A stretch of 64,000 nucleotides of DNA, from assembly GCA_965602015.1 (NCBI GenBank), contig OZ271918.1, forward strand, positions 960,001 to 1,024,000, written 5' to 3'. Positions 1 through 9,715 of this stretch are shown piece after piece. Below the pieces are notes generated by a model. The model did no database searches, was not told the DNA's origin, and saw nothing but the letters and a program-made list of their open reading frames with translations. Numbering within the stretch: the first letter of the stretch is position 1; every line of letters starts with the position of its first letter. Origin of the DNA: Salinispira sp. GTDB lineage: Bacteria; Spirochaetota; Spirochaetia; DSM-27196; Salinispiraceae. The position numbers and the translations under genes are program-made.

Positions 1-132
1 CTGGTAATCCGACAGGTCCGCTGATTTTACCTTTTTTAACGGTACGGCCCGGTACCCGGTTTTTTGGGCAATCCATTCTGCGTATTGCCTGGTTGAGCCG
101 TACTTCCCCCCGTAGACGATGATGCCGTTCAT
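1..132 (-). CDS. Flavodoxin-domain protein (HemG/flavodoxin_5-like), 5' part only; runs off the window edge
   Basis: Manual translation from ATG at 132 (GGAG RBS upstream): MNGIIVYGGKYGSTRQYAEWIAQKTG, matching the flavodoxin N-terminal Y-x-x-x-x-G-x-T phosphate-binding loop. Not in the ORF track. Confidence 0.8.
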   Translation of the reverse strand, partial: MNGIIVYGGKYGSTRQYAEWIAQKTGYRAVPLKKVKSADLSDYQ

Positions 133-161
133 GCAAATCTCCTTCAGCTAAGTTTATAGTG

Positions 162-179
162 TTTAACACATGTGTTGAA
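162..179. promoter_or_regulatory. Palindromic operator candidate upstream of the flavodoxin gene
   Basis: Perfect 12-bp palindrome AACACATGTGTT (165-176) with TT/AA outer arms, about 30 bp upstream of the start codon. Confidence 0.45.
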
Positions 180-207
180 GATTCTTGTTTCCGAATTGTA
201 GGATTTG

Positions 208-756
208 TTACCAGTAAACCGGATTGCTTATTGCCGCTGCGCAGCGGGTCGGACCGGACATCGGGGCAATATCCCCGCCCCTCAATGATTGAGCGAGCCA
301 GCCTTCGGGGTAGCTCAGCGGTAGGGGAGCGGGAATTATGTCTTCACTTACCTGCAAGAAACCGCATCTACCGTAAAAATTAACATCACCGTAGGTGATA
401 ACCGTATCGGCCCCAGTCTTAGCCAGAGCTTCAAGCCCGTGGGCGATTATCGACGTGCCGAATCCATTTCCCTGCCGTTCAGGGGCAACTGCAACCGGCG
501 CCATGAGCCAGGCATCGGCACGGTCGGCAGATTTAAAACGCGAAAAGATTGCCGAAGCGCAAAGGGCATTTCCGTCAAATCCTGCGACAATACTGAGGTC
601 TCCCGTTCTCCAGTCGTCAAGGAAATCGCTGACGAGTTTTCCAATAACCTGACCCTCATTGGGTCCTTCAGAAGCAGCGAATGTCCGGGAAAAGAGGCCG
701 ATGAGGTCTTTTGTCAATGTGAGATCCGGCTTTTCAAAGATCATGGAAAAATGCAT
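208..756 (-). CDS. GNAT family N-acetyltransferase (YhbS-like)
   Basis: APVAVAPERQGNGFG acetyl-CoA motif A, and GDVNFYGRCGF. Confidence 0.88.
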   Translation of the reverse strand: MHFSMIFEKPDLTLTKDLIGLFSRTFAASEGPNEGQVIGKLVSDFLDDWRTGDLSIVAGFDGNALCASAIFSRFKSADRADAWLMAPVAVAPERQGNGFGTSIIAHGLEALAKTGADTVITYGDVNFYGRCGFLQVSEDIIPAPLPLSYPEGWLAQSLRGGDIAPMSGPTRCAAAISNPVYW

Positions 757-908
757 TCGCTCTCCTCTCGCTTCAAGCTGCGATCGATAGGATAACTATA
801 AAGTGCAAACTCGAAATTGATAAGCGGTTTTCTCGGCTTCGTCACCACAACGATTCACCGGTGCATTATAATGATGCGTATATCTTTTCTTAGCCCGGAG
901 GCGCACAC

Positions 909-3056
909 ATGAATCTTCGGAACCTCCGTTTCCGTATAGTTCTGTTTATCCTGATAATTATCAGCCTATCAATCGGCAATCTCGTGTTTATCAGCTCGCA
1001 GTTTGCCCGGCTCGACTAATACACCAGGGCCATCAATGTTTCCGGTTCGCAGCGTATGCGAACCGTCCTCCTGAGCTATCTTGCCCGGGAGCATTACGAC
1101 AATATCCGTCTGGGAACCGGCGGGTCAGCTCAGGATCTTGCTTTGAGAGATACCTACCGGGAGGAGCTTGCGATCTATCAGCGATTTATAGCCGGGCTGA
1201 CTGAAGGCAGTGCGGAGATCGGTTTGCCGGTGATTGATGATGTGGAATACCGCGAGCTCATGTCGGATTATGTACTTGATTGGCAAGGCTACCTGCGAAG
1301 CCTCGACAGGGTTATGGGCGCTTCGAATGCCGGTCAGGTGCCGGACAGCGACGTCGCCGCCATCTCAAGCCTTCGCGCGAATGAGTTTAGAAGGGAAATA
1401 AGCGTTATCGTCGGCCGCCTTGAAGTGCTGGCTAACAGGCGGATATCCCAAATTCAATTCGCACTCCTGCTGTTCAACGGCGTTCTTTTGGCGCTGTTAG
1501 TTGCCATCGTATTTTTTATCAGTCGAAGCCTCGGTAGACTCACCGGTCTTGAACGGGTCATGGATGGTATGAGCCGGGGGGATCTGAGGGAACCCCTTGC
1601 AGTCAAAAGCCGAGATGAAATTTCCCGGATTTCATTGAGCTTGCTGGAATCGCGGGAGGGGATAATCGAGCTGCTAGGCCGCATGCAATCGACCATGATG
1701 GATAATGAACAGAATGCCAGGGGAATAGGCGCTCAGCTCTTTGAAAACATCAAAACGGTAAATAGAGCAGGCCAGCTTGCAGCCGATTCGAAAATCAGCT
1801 ACGAATCCCTCAGCGCATCCATCGAAAAGGCTGCATCCGCCAGGGCCCGGATTTCCGAGGACGTTACCAGAATATCCTCGAGCATTTCTGAACAGTCGAC
1901 GGCGGTAACCCAGACAACCGCCAGTATCGAGCAGATGAGCGCCTCCATAAATAACGTGTCGGCCATTTCCAGCCAGCGTATCAGCCATGCGAAAAATCTC
2001 ACCGATCTCACCCAGCGGAGCAACGAAGAGCTCCAGGATTCGGTGCGCTCGCTGCGGGAAATAAGCCAGCAGCTCGATGGAATTTTCGAGATGATCGCCG
2101 TGATCGACAACGTGGCGTCCCAAACCAACCTGCTGGCAATGAATGCCGCCATAGAAGCGGCGCACGCCGGTGAAGCCGGCCGGGGTTTCGCCGTTGTGGC
2201 GGATGAAATCCGCAAGCTCTCGGAAAGCACCAAGTCCAGTTCATCACAAATCGCCGAGAGTCTCACAGACCTGGTCCAGCGGATTCAGGAAACCTCGGAC
2301 ACCACAGGGCATTCAGGCGAAGCCTTCGAGACCATCGCCCGGGAAGTCGAGTCGGTCAGCGCCAGTTTTCAGGAAATCACCGACGCCACCAAGGAACTGG
2401 CGGTGGGCACCAATGAAGTCGTCGCCGCCGCCTCGACGCTAATGGACCTCAGCCGTGATTTCGAGGGCCGGGCGGAGAATATAACCGAATCAGCCGAGGC
2501 TTTGAATACTGCAATAAATGAAGTTACCACGTCGAGCTCACTGGTGCTCACAAATCTCAGGGGAATAGAGGACGCCATCGGACAGATAAACATGAGCTCG
2601 CGGACCATAAATTCCCGTTCCCAGCAGAATAACCAGGGAATCGAGCGGCTCATTGAACAGCTGGCAAAGTTTTCGATTTCCGACGATTTTTCAGATCGCA
2701 CACAGAAGACCCGGTCGTATATCGAGCTTTCGGAAATCATCATCAATCACTCGGATTTTATATCCCTCTCCCGGGGGATCCTCGATGGGAAAATTAAACC
2801 CGATCACTCGCAGCTCTCTGCAGAGTCCCACGAAAGAATGGACCGTTGGGTTCAAGGGGAAAGCTCACGGGCATTTCGCTCCCGGGGGAACTGGCAGGAA
2901 ATGATGGACCTTCATGAGCGAATCCACGGCTATGCGGACCGGATCAGTAAAGGTGCCGCATCCGGAGAGTCCTGGCCGGAACTGCATCAGGTTTACCAGA
3001 GCCTGTTCAGCGATTCCCAGAGCTTAATCGCGATTTTGAACTCGTATTTTGATTAA
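909..3056 (+). pseudogene. Methyl-accepting chemotaxis protein (NarX/PilJ-type sensor, HAMP, MCP signalling domain, C-terminal CZB-like domain), interrupted by in-frame TAA at 1017-1019
   Basis: GGAGG RBS then ATG at 909, in frame with ORF 1056-3056: [49 protein letters not shown]. The hairpin tip [33 protein letters not shown] is intact. Confidence 0.85.
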
Positions 3057-3226
3057 GGGGAATAGCGACAATTCCAGAACATGCCGCAGGCACCGTACAA
3101 TGTAGCTAAGCGAGATTGACAGCAAGGCGGACCAATTGGCGACTAAGCCTTATCACAGACGCTGGGGATCGCTGAGTTGCCCCAAATCGACCTCTGGGGG
3201 AGTTGACTCAGGATAAGGAGGATAAG

Positions 3227-4171
3227 ATGAAGTTCGAAAGGCACATTGTACCGCATTTGTGGTTTAGTACCGAGGCATTGGACGCAGCCGATTTTTATTG
3301 CTCCCTTTTTCCCAATTCGAAAATCAACTCAAAATATGTGATACATGATACTCCTTCCGGGGAATGCGATATTGTCTCCTTTGAATTATGGGGGCAACCC
3401 TTTGAAGCAATCAGCGCCGGACCTCATTTTGAAATTAATCCCTCAATTTCCATTATGGTAAATTTCGACCCGGTTTTTTTTCGGGATGAAGAGAACCCGG
3501 AAGATGCCGGCCGTGAAATGCTGAATACGATTTGGCATAAGCTTATTGACGGCGGCGAAGCATTTATGGAAATCGGCAGCTATGATTTTAGTCCCCGTTA
3601 CGGCTGGGTTAAAGACAAGTTTGGAATGACCTGGCAGCTCATCCTCACAGATCCCGGCGGAGATCCGAGGCCTCCCATGATGCTTTCACTCTTATTTGTC
3701 GGGGATGCCTGCGGAAAGGCTGGTGAGGCCGGTTCATTTTACCGTTCCCTCTTTTCCAACTCGGATACCGGGCTTACGGTCCCGTACTCTGCCGGTATGG
3801 AGCCTGACAGAGAGAGAACGACCATGTTCTCGGACTTTAAATTAGGTAAATCCTGGATAACTGCCGCCGACAGTGCGTATGACCATCAATTCTGCTTCAA
3901 TGAAGCTGTCTCTCTGATTCTTTATTGCAACAATCAGGATGAGATCGATTATCTCACAAAGAAGCTTTCGGCAGTACCTGACTCCGAACAATGCGGTTGG
4001 GTTAAAGATCGATATGGAATCTCCTGGCAAATAGTGCCTGAGGCTTATGTGCAAATGATGAGGCACGGTAATGAGAAGCAGATTCAATCAATGAATATAT
4101 CTCTACTGGGCATGAAAAAAATCGACATTGCCGAGCTACAATCAGCCTTTTATAGAGTCAACAATGAATGA
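3227..4171 (+). CDS. VOC family protein (tandem PhnB/3-demethylubiquinone-9 3-methyltransferase-like domains)
   Basis: IVPHLWF, YGWVKDKFGMTWQ and CGWVKDRYGISWQ duplicated motifs; AGGAGG RBS before ATG 3227. Confidence 0.88.
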   Translation: MKFERHIVPHLWFSTEALDAADFYCSLFPNSKINSKYVIHDTPSGECDIVSFELWGQPFEAISAGPHFEINPSISIMVNFDPVFFRDEENPEDAGREMLNTIWHKLIDGGEAFMEIGSYDFSPRYGWVKDKFGMTWQLILTDPGGDPRPPMMLSLLFVGDACGKAGEAGSFYRSLFSNSDTGLTVPYSAGMEPDRERTTMFSDFKLGKSWITAADSAYDHQFCFNEAVSLILYCNNQDEIDYLTKKLSAVPDSEQCGWVKDRYGISWQIVPEAYVQMMRHGNEKQIQSMNISLLGMKKIDIAELQSAFYRVNNE

Positions 4172-4577
4172 GAGGATAACGGTGAATGCCGCCGTCAAAA
4201 ATGACATTGAAACTGTGTGGAGAGCATGGACAGAACCTGAACACATTGTTAACTGGTATTTCGCCTCAGATGAATGGCATTGTCCTGCGGCAAGTAATGA
4301 TTTTACGCAAGGCGGGGCATTTAGTTATACCCTGGCGGCAAAAGACGGAAGCGCGAAATTTGATTATGACGGCTCGTATGCAAAGATAGTGGACCATGAG
4401 CTGATTGAGTTTTCGCTGAACGACGGACGATTGGTGACCGTATCCTTCACCCAGCTATCTGAGGAAGTTCAGATTCAAGAATCCTTCGAACCGGATCATC
4501 AGGTCTCGCCGGAAATGCAAAAGATGGGCTGGCAGGCGATCCTGAACAACTTTTGTATCTACACCGAAAAGCTGTGA
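4164..4577 (+). CDS. SRPBCC/AHSA1 domain protein
   Basis: VWRAWTEPEHIVNW...GGAF...GWQAILNNF; overlaps the upstream stop codon. Confidence 0.88.
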   Translation: MNERITVNAAVKNDIETVWRAWTEPEHIVNWYFASDEWHCPAASNDFTQGGAFSYTLAAKDGSAKFDYDGSYAKIVDHELIEFSLNDGRLVTVSFTQLSEEVQIQESFEPDHQVSPEMQKMGWQAILNNFCIYTEKL

Positions 4578-4586
4578 GGTACGTGC

Positions 4587-4994
4587 ATGCATCGTGAAAT
4601 AGAAACGTTTAACCTGAACCAGGATGAGGGATATCGGGAAATCGCCGCCTTGCTTGCGTCGACAATCGATGCCTGTCTTCCCAAAGCCGAGAGCAAAATC
4701 TGGCACCGTCACCCGGTCTGGTTTCTGCATGGAAACCCGACGGTTGGTTACAGCAGGCAAAAAACCGGATTTCGGCTCATGTTCTGGAGCGGAGCTGATT
4801 TTGGCGATACCGATCTCAAGCCCGGCACCGGCAAGTTCAAGGATGCTTCGATTTTCTATAACTCTGTTGATGAAATAGACGTGGCAGCTCTTAAAGGCTG
4901 GCTCGAAACCTCTAGGATCATCCAATGGGACTATAAAAATATATACAAGCGCAAAGGCCGCCTGGAGAGGATAGAACACGATGGGAACAACTAA
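4587..4994 (+). CDS. DUF1801 (YdhG-like) protein
   Basis: KIWHRHPVWF...GNPTVGYS...RLMFWSGADF family motif. Confidence 0.8.
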   Translation: MHREIETFNLNQDEGYREIAALLASTIDACLPKAESKIWHRHPVWFLHGNPTVGYSRQKTGFRLMFWSGADFGDTDLKPGTGKFKDASIFYNSVDEIDVAALKGWLETSRIIQWDYKNIYKRKGRLERIEHDGNN

Positions 4995-5358
4995 CTACGC
5001 CACATTTATTGAATATCTGGAAGGCCAGCCCGAAGCATGCAGACAGGCATTGCAGGAGCTTCGTCGAATAATTTTGCAGGTCGTTCCCGAAACTGAAGAG
5101 CTATTCAACTATAATATCCCGGCTTTTACTTTGGTGCCCGGAGGAAAGCGGGAACATCAGATCATGATTGCCGGCTACAAAAAGCATGTGGGGCTCTATC
5201 CGCATCCCACGGCCATGGAGCATTTTGAGCCGCGCCTTACCCCGTATAAACGAGGGAAGGGATCTGTGCAATTCCCCGTGCATGAAGAATTGCCGAAAGA
5301 CCTGATTACCGAGATGATACAATACCGGCTGAGACTTATCTCTCAGATATCCGCTTAA
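4981..5358 (+). CDS. DUF1801/iron-chaperone-like protein
   Basis: YNIPAF...AGYKKHVGLYP...KGSVQFP. Confidence 0.8.
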   Translation: MGTTNYATFIEYLEGQPEACRQALQELRRIILQVVPETEELFNYNIPAFTLVPGGKREHQIMIAGYKKHVGLYPHPTAMEHFEPRLTPYKRGKGSVQFPVHEELPKDLITEMIQYRLRLISQISA

Positions 5359-5797
5359 AAGAATTTTCTAGGGAGCCGAATAGCTTGTAGAGCATTGCTA
5401 TCTCTTCATCGCTGTATGTATCCATCAACCCATAGAGTTCAGTAAATAAATTTTGGGATATGTATTGCTGATAGTCTTCGTATATCTGCTTCCCCAGATC
5501 AGTTAAACTGACAAAGACTTCCTTCTTATTTCCGGTTTTGTTGTATCTGAAAATGTACCTTTTCTTCTCAAGTTTTTTCATCGTTTTGGTGATGGCGGTT
5601 TTTGTAACTCCGAGCTCTTTCGCGAAAGCGGTCATATTAGACATTTCGTTCATAATGATTTCTTCAATTACCTGAGCTTCAGAAAAAGAAATTGTGTGCC
5701 CCTGAATGCTTATTTGCTTGTTTTGGAGCAAAGCATATTCATTCAACACACGAATCACCAGCTCATTGAGGTCATGATACTTTCCCATCCATTCCAT
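5336..5797 (-). CDS. MarR family transcriptional regulator
   Basis: wHTH: AFAKELGVTKTAITKTMKKLEKK...NKKEVFVSLTDLG. Confidence 0.88.
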   Translation of the reverse strand: MEWMGKYHDLNELVIRVLNEYALLQNKQISIQGHTISFSEAQVIEEIIMNEMSNMTAFAKELGVTKTAITKTMKKLEKKRYIFRYNKTGNKKEVFVSLTDLGKQIYEDYQQYISQNLFTELYGLMDTYSDEEIAMLYKLFGSLENSFKRISER

Positions 5798-5847
5798 CGG
5801 ATGATTTTATCGTTTTTAGCCAGAATGCAGTAGTGCTTTGTCCCGGC

Positions 5848-5881
5848 AAAAAAAGAAGGCGGCAAATTCGCCGCCTTCTTC
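5848..5881 (-). terminator. Intrinsic terminator after the membrane hydrolase gene
   Basis: AAGAAGGCGG-caaatt-CGCCGCCTTCTT hairpin with an A-run on + (U-tail on -). Confidence 0.7.
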
Positions 5882-5906
5882 GATCGAGTATCAAATGCTT
5901 GTTGTT

Positions 5907-7943
5907 TTATCCAATGCTCCAATAGAGCGTTGAGGTGGATATTGTGATCACTGTTATTACGAGGGTGTTCAGGAAGGCGCCGACGTACACGTTATTAGTA
6001 GCTTCAAACGCCTTTTTCGTAATAATTGTCGCAATTCCGAGATTCACCGTTAAACCAATGAGTACGATACTGTTCAGAGATTGCGTCGGCATAGCCGCCC
6101 TGCCGGTGAGCAGCAGTATACCGTATTGAAGGAGCAGCCAAAGAACCAATCCTCCGATATTAGTAGCCAAAGCAAACAAGTATCCGCGTTTACCGCCGAG
6201 GTATGAGCTGTTCGTGGCTCCCTGCAGCGCGATCCCGTTCATCAGGAAGTATCCGAAAATAAACGGCATGTACACGAGTGAAATTACGAGATGCGGAACA
6301 TTGAACGCTCGGACGGCAACCAGCCACAACCGGAAATCGACGTTGAACATCCAGTGGATCGCCTGCACCATCGCGAAGGCGCTCGCCGCAGCGATGAGAG
6401 CGACCGCGAATCCCGCGGCGATCGATTTGGCGGGAATGATGAAACCGTAGGATTTGGGGGACAGGCCTGACTTTTGTCCGCTGACGGCGAAAACAAGCGA
6501 TACAAGAATGACGGTTATCGCTCCCACCGATGCCGCCCAGAGAGCGACGTTGTTCGTGACCGGCGAGCTGAAGGTCGGATTCAGCTGAAGGATATTCGCG
6601 GATGCGGCTGACAGCCCTGCCAGGATGAAGGCTCCGATGCCCGCGACCATATACGGCAATGCTTCGCTACTCTTTTTCCGAAAAAACTTAACTATCGACA
6701 TAACAATGCTGGCGAAGAAAATTAGCAACCCGATAACCCGTATTACCGCCAGACCGTCCGCGGCCCTATCCATATAGGTGGTATAGAGAAATGCGGGAAT
6801 CAATCCGGCCGCAGCCAATGATAGCCAGAAGATGATTTTCGAACGGGTATCCGTGGGTCCTGAGATTTCAGGGACCGACTCTGTAATGGCATGTTTGAGA
6901 ATAGGCGCTTTCCCGAGTAAAGCGACGATGGGAATAAGAAGAAGGTAGAACCCTACCAATCCCAGGACGGAGGTTACTTCTTTTATCCACCATATCTGCC
7001 CGAACCGTGGAGTAAGGCTCGATGAATGATCCCTGAACGCGGTCTCATAAAACTCTACCATATCCCTCGTCGAACCGAGACTGAAATGGGTCCAGGGATG
7101 AGTTTCGAAGGGTTGATAGATAATCCGTTTGCCCCCCTGCGCCGTATCGACGAACTCTCCCACTTCGGATGTGGCGGGATTCCCGAGAAAAGTCTGACCT
7201 TCCGGAGTAGAAATGAAATCCTTCTTTATTACCGATGCGCCGACGGCAGTCGAGTCGAAGAAGAACTCATCGAACTGCGCAGCGATCATTCCCATAGTTC
7301 TGTCGCCGTATAGTCCGTTTGCGACGTCTGGAGTAATGCCGAGGAAAGCGGGGAAGAAAAAATCGGCTCCGACCGATAGACCGGCGATCACTTTTCGAAC
7401 AGCCGGACTCCCTTCGGCGAGGGCAGTCTGATAATCCTGCTCATCAAAAACGACCGCCATTGTGGATGAAAAACCGCCCATGGAATGACCGCTTACTGCG
7501 ATTATCCCGTTGCCGTCTTCATCCTTCAGGACATAAGGCATATCGTAGATGTATTGAACGCCATCATAGATGGTATGGGTCCAAAAGGAAAAAAACTCGC
7601 CGCCCGGGGGAATTTCATTCAGGAAGGAGTTGCCGTGGGAATAATGGTCGAGGGCAAGTACGACGACCCCCCGTCTAGAAAGCTCTATTGCCGGTGCGGC
7701 CTGCATCTCCCGGGCATTCAAATATCCTGTCGTTGTTACGAGCGCGGGGCGGGGATCTTCAGCAGATGCACCTCGCGGGAGGTAAAGCAGACCGGCCAGC
7801 CGTCCCCGCTCGGTATCGAATTCGACCCTGGTGACCTCAACTGATCCGAGAGATGTGTTGAAGAGAAACGCGAATACCCCTCCTAACAACATGAGAACCA
7901 CTGCGATGGCAACCAGTGCCTTCGGTGAATACTTCGTCTGCAT
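5907..7943 (-). CDS. Alpha/beta hydrolase fused to a C-terminal multi-pass membrane domain
   Basis: GHSMGG nucleophile elbow, DEFF and HPWTH candidate Asp/His residues; N-terminal TM helix and many C-terminal hydrophobic helices. Confidence 0.82.
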   Translation of the reverse strand: MQTKYSPKALVAIAVVLMLLGGVFAFLFNTSLGSVEVTRVEFDTERGRLAGLLYLPRGASAEDPRPALVTTTGYLNAREMQAAPAIELSRRGVVVLALDHYSHGNSFLNEIPPGGEFFSFWTHTIYDGVQYIYDMPYVLKDEDGNGIIAVSGHSMGGFSSTMAVVFDEQDYQTALAEGSPAVRKVIAGLSVGADFFFPAFLGITPDVANGLYGDRTMGMIAAQFDEFFFDSTAVGASVIKKDFISTPEGQTFLGNPATSEVGEFVDTAQGGKRIIYQPFETHPWTHFSLGSTRDMVEFYETAFRDHSSSLTPRFGQIWWIKEVTSVLGLVGFYLLLIPIVALLGKAPILKHAITESVPEISGPTDTRSKIIFWLSLAAAGLIPAFLYTTYMDRAADGLAVIRVIGLLIFFASIVMSIVKFFRKKSSEALPYMVAGIGAFILAGLSAASANILQLNPTFSSPVTNNVALWAASVGAITVILVSLVFAVSGQKSGLSPKSYGFIIPAKSIAAGFAVALIAAASAFAMVQAIHWMFNVDFRLWLVAVRAFNVPHLVISLVYMPFIFGYFLMNGIALQGATNSSYLGGKRGYLFALATNIGGLVLWLLLQYGILLLTGRAAMPTQSLNSIVLIGLTVNLGIATIITKKAFEATNNVYVGAFLNTLVITVITISTSTLYWSIG

Positions 7944-7979
7944 ACAATCTCCTTTACCGAATGCACATTCGGCTGGAAA

Positions 7980-8012
7980 ATCTTATGATGGATTGTGAAC
8001 CAGGTCAACAAT
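7980..8012 (-). promoter_or_regulatory. Sigma70-type promoter overlapped by an imperfect palindromic operator
   Basis: Minus strand TTGACC (8008-8003), 17-nt spacer, TAAGAT (7985-7980); palindrome ATTGTGAACCAGGTCAACAAT at 7992-8012. Confidence 0.6.
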
Positions 8013-8247
8013 TATTTTGTTATCCATATGTCATGGCCCAGGCAATGATCAGACCGTCCTGGTTCCGCTTTCGAGAGATGGAACTCAAAACATGATCGAG
8101 CAGTGCCTTCGTTATCGGGGATTCGCGAATTTTTGCATCAGATTATCCTCGCCGCTGCTAATTTTTATCATCAGCGACGTATACTGGAGCTAGGAGAGAT
8201 CGCACGCAGAGCGGTCCGATAGCATAGAGAGTTTAAAGAATCTACAG

Positions 8248-8763
8248 TTGAAAAAATTCCCGATAAGAACCTGCTTTGATTCATGGCCCGAATATAACAG
8301 TCGTCTCACCGCGGTGGTCTCAAGCATGAACGGGGCTCAACTGGCTATCAAACCTTCACCGGATCGCTGGCCAATTTGGGCAACCGTCGGGCACCTCGCC
8401 TGCCAACGGGTGTTTTGGCTATGCGATTTCGCAGGGGAGCCCGGGAAGGATTCTACGCCGTTCCCGAACGCCGCATATTTCTGTCCCGGCGACGATGACC
8501 TGGACAACATTCTCGGGCCCGAAGAGCTTGCACAAGCGCTGACGTCGAGCTTTGCTATCATCGAGCATTGTCTGGATACCTGGACGGTTGACGAACTGGC
8601 CGTCACTATCCGAAGGGATTTTGCCGGGGAGATATGGGAACACACCCGCGGATCGGTGATCCAGAGGTTGTTCAGCCACGATGCTTACCACTGCGGAGAG
8701 TTGTCTCAAACGCTGGGAATCGCGGAGTTGCCGCAGATCGATCTCTGGGGGAGAGCTGAGTAA
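8248..8763 (+). CDS. DinB family protein
   Basis: VGHLA and HDAYHCGE metal-binding His triad; TTG start is uncertain. Confidence 0.82.
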   Translation: MKKFPIRTCFDSWPEYNSRLTAVVSSMNGAQLAIKPSPDRWPIWATVGHLACQRVFWLCDFAGEPGKDSTPFPNAAYFCPGDDDLDNILGPEELAQALTSSFAIIEHCLDTWTVDELAVTIRRDFAGEIWEHTRGSVIQRLFSHDAYHCGELSQTLGIAELPQIDLWGRAE

Positions 8764-8809
8764 TCAAGGCGCTGTCCCCGCCATACCCGCTGAGGAGACC
8801 TGAATAAAC

Positions 8810-9244
8810 ATGCCGAATTACAGCGTGAAAGCCCTCGATATATCGACATGGGATGCATTCGCCGCTCTCGTGTTCGATGGCGAACGGTGCGTTGGCTGGT
8901 GCCAGTTTGGCTCACCGCACGAATTGCCGAGAATCAAAAATCGGAAGCAGTATGAGAAGGATCTGGTCGATCCCCCGGATTGGCGGATCGCTTGCTGTCA
9001 CGTAGGCAAGGGGCACCGGAGAAAAGGAGTTTTTACCGCTGCGCTTGAAGGAGCGATCGAGCTCATAGCTAATCTCGGCGGTGGAACCGTGGAGGCGTAT
9101 CCGGAACCTGCTGATGCTGTCCCCGCCGGATTCCTGTATCACGGCGCGCTGTCCACCTTCATAAAAGCTGGCTTCGTCCGTGATCGCAAGATCGGGAAAA
9201 ACCGATGGGTCGTAAAGAGGAATGTGCACTCCCGGGAGAGATGA
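8810..9244 (+). CDS. GNAT family acetyltransferase, possibly with an internal in-frame deletion
   Basis: VGWCQFG, HRRKGV, VEAYP, FIKAGF motifs; GAGGAG RBS. Confidence 0.75.
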   Translation: MPNYSVKALDISTWDAFAALVFDGERCVGWCQFGSPHELPRIKNRKQYEKDLVDPPDWRIACCHVGKGHRRKGVFTAALEGAIELIANLGGGTVEAYPEPADAVPAGFLYHGALSTFIKAGFVRDRKIGKNRWVVKRNVHSRER

Positions 9245-9246
9245 CA

Positions 9247-9482
9247 CGCAAAATGCCGGGGGGGCGGCTCATGTTTTGGATCTGGCCGGACTTCGGTGAA
9301 ACTGAACTCAAGCCGCTTAGGGCAAGTTCAAGGATGCTTGAATCTTCTATAACTCAATAGATGAAAGAAATATCACCTCTCTCAAAAGGTGGTTGGAAAA
9401 GTCGAGAGATATTCAATGGGATTATAAGATTATCTATAAGCGCAAAGGTAGCCTTGAGAGATTGACGCAGGATGGAAAATAA
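9247..9482 (+). pseudogene. Degenerate 3' fragment of a DUF1801 gene paralogous to 4587-4994
   Basis: RLMFW..DFGETELKP, then a -1 frameshift, then GKFKDA*IFYNSIDE...IQWDYKIIYKRKGSLER; aligns at DNA level with about 4760-4990. Confidence 0.85.
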
Positions 9483-9715
9483 AATCCATAAAATGTTGCT
9501 ACCCCAGCACTGAAGGCGCTCCTCTGTACGGCCTGATGACACCCTGCCGTACCTGTGCGATGCTTATTATCAAAAGCGGAGTCGCAGTGCGTCCGCGAAA
9601 ATCGCTATCTTTCAGTTGAAGAATCCGAGGAGATATTCAAATCCGCTGGAGTCTTGCTATAGTTCGATCCTTTTTGATTTGTTCTGATACTTTATTTGGT
9701 GCTTGAAAAAAAACT

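Noticed and set aside
100..115. Possible frameshift at the G/C homopolymer in the flavodoxin gene
   Set aside because: The run is 6 nt and keeps the frame (Y-G-G-K-Y-G-S-T).
1017..1019. Programmed readthrough or recoding (Sec/Pyl, alternative genetic code) of the MCP internal stop
   Set aside because: The codon is TAA, not TGA or TAG, and TAA terminates many normal genes in this window.
3200..9500. Integron cassette array
   Set aside because: Genes overlap or abut with no attC-like palindromes, orientations are mixed, and there is no integrase.
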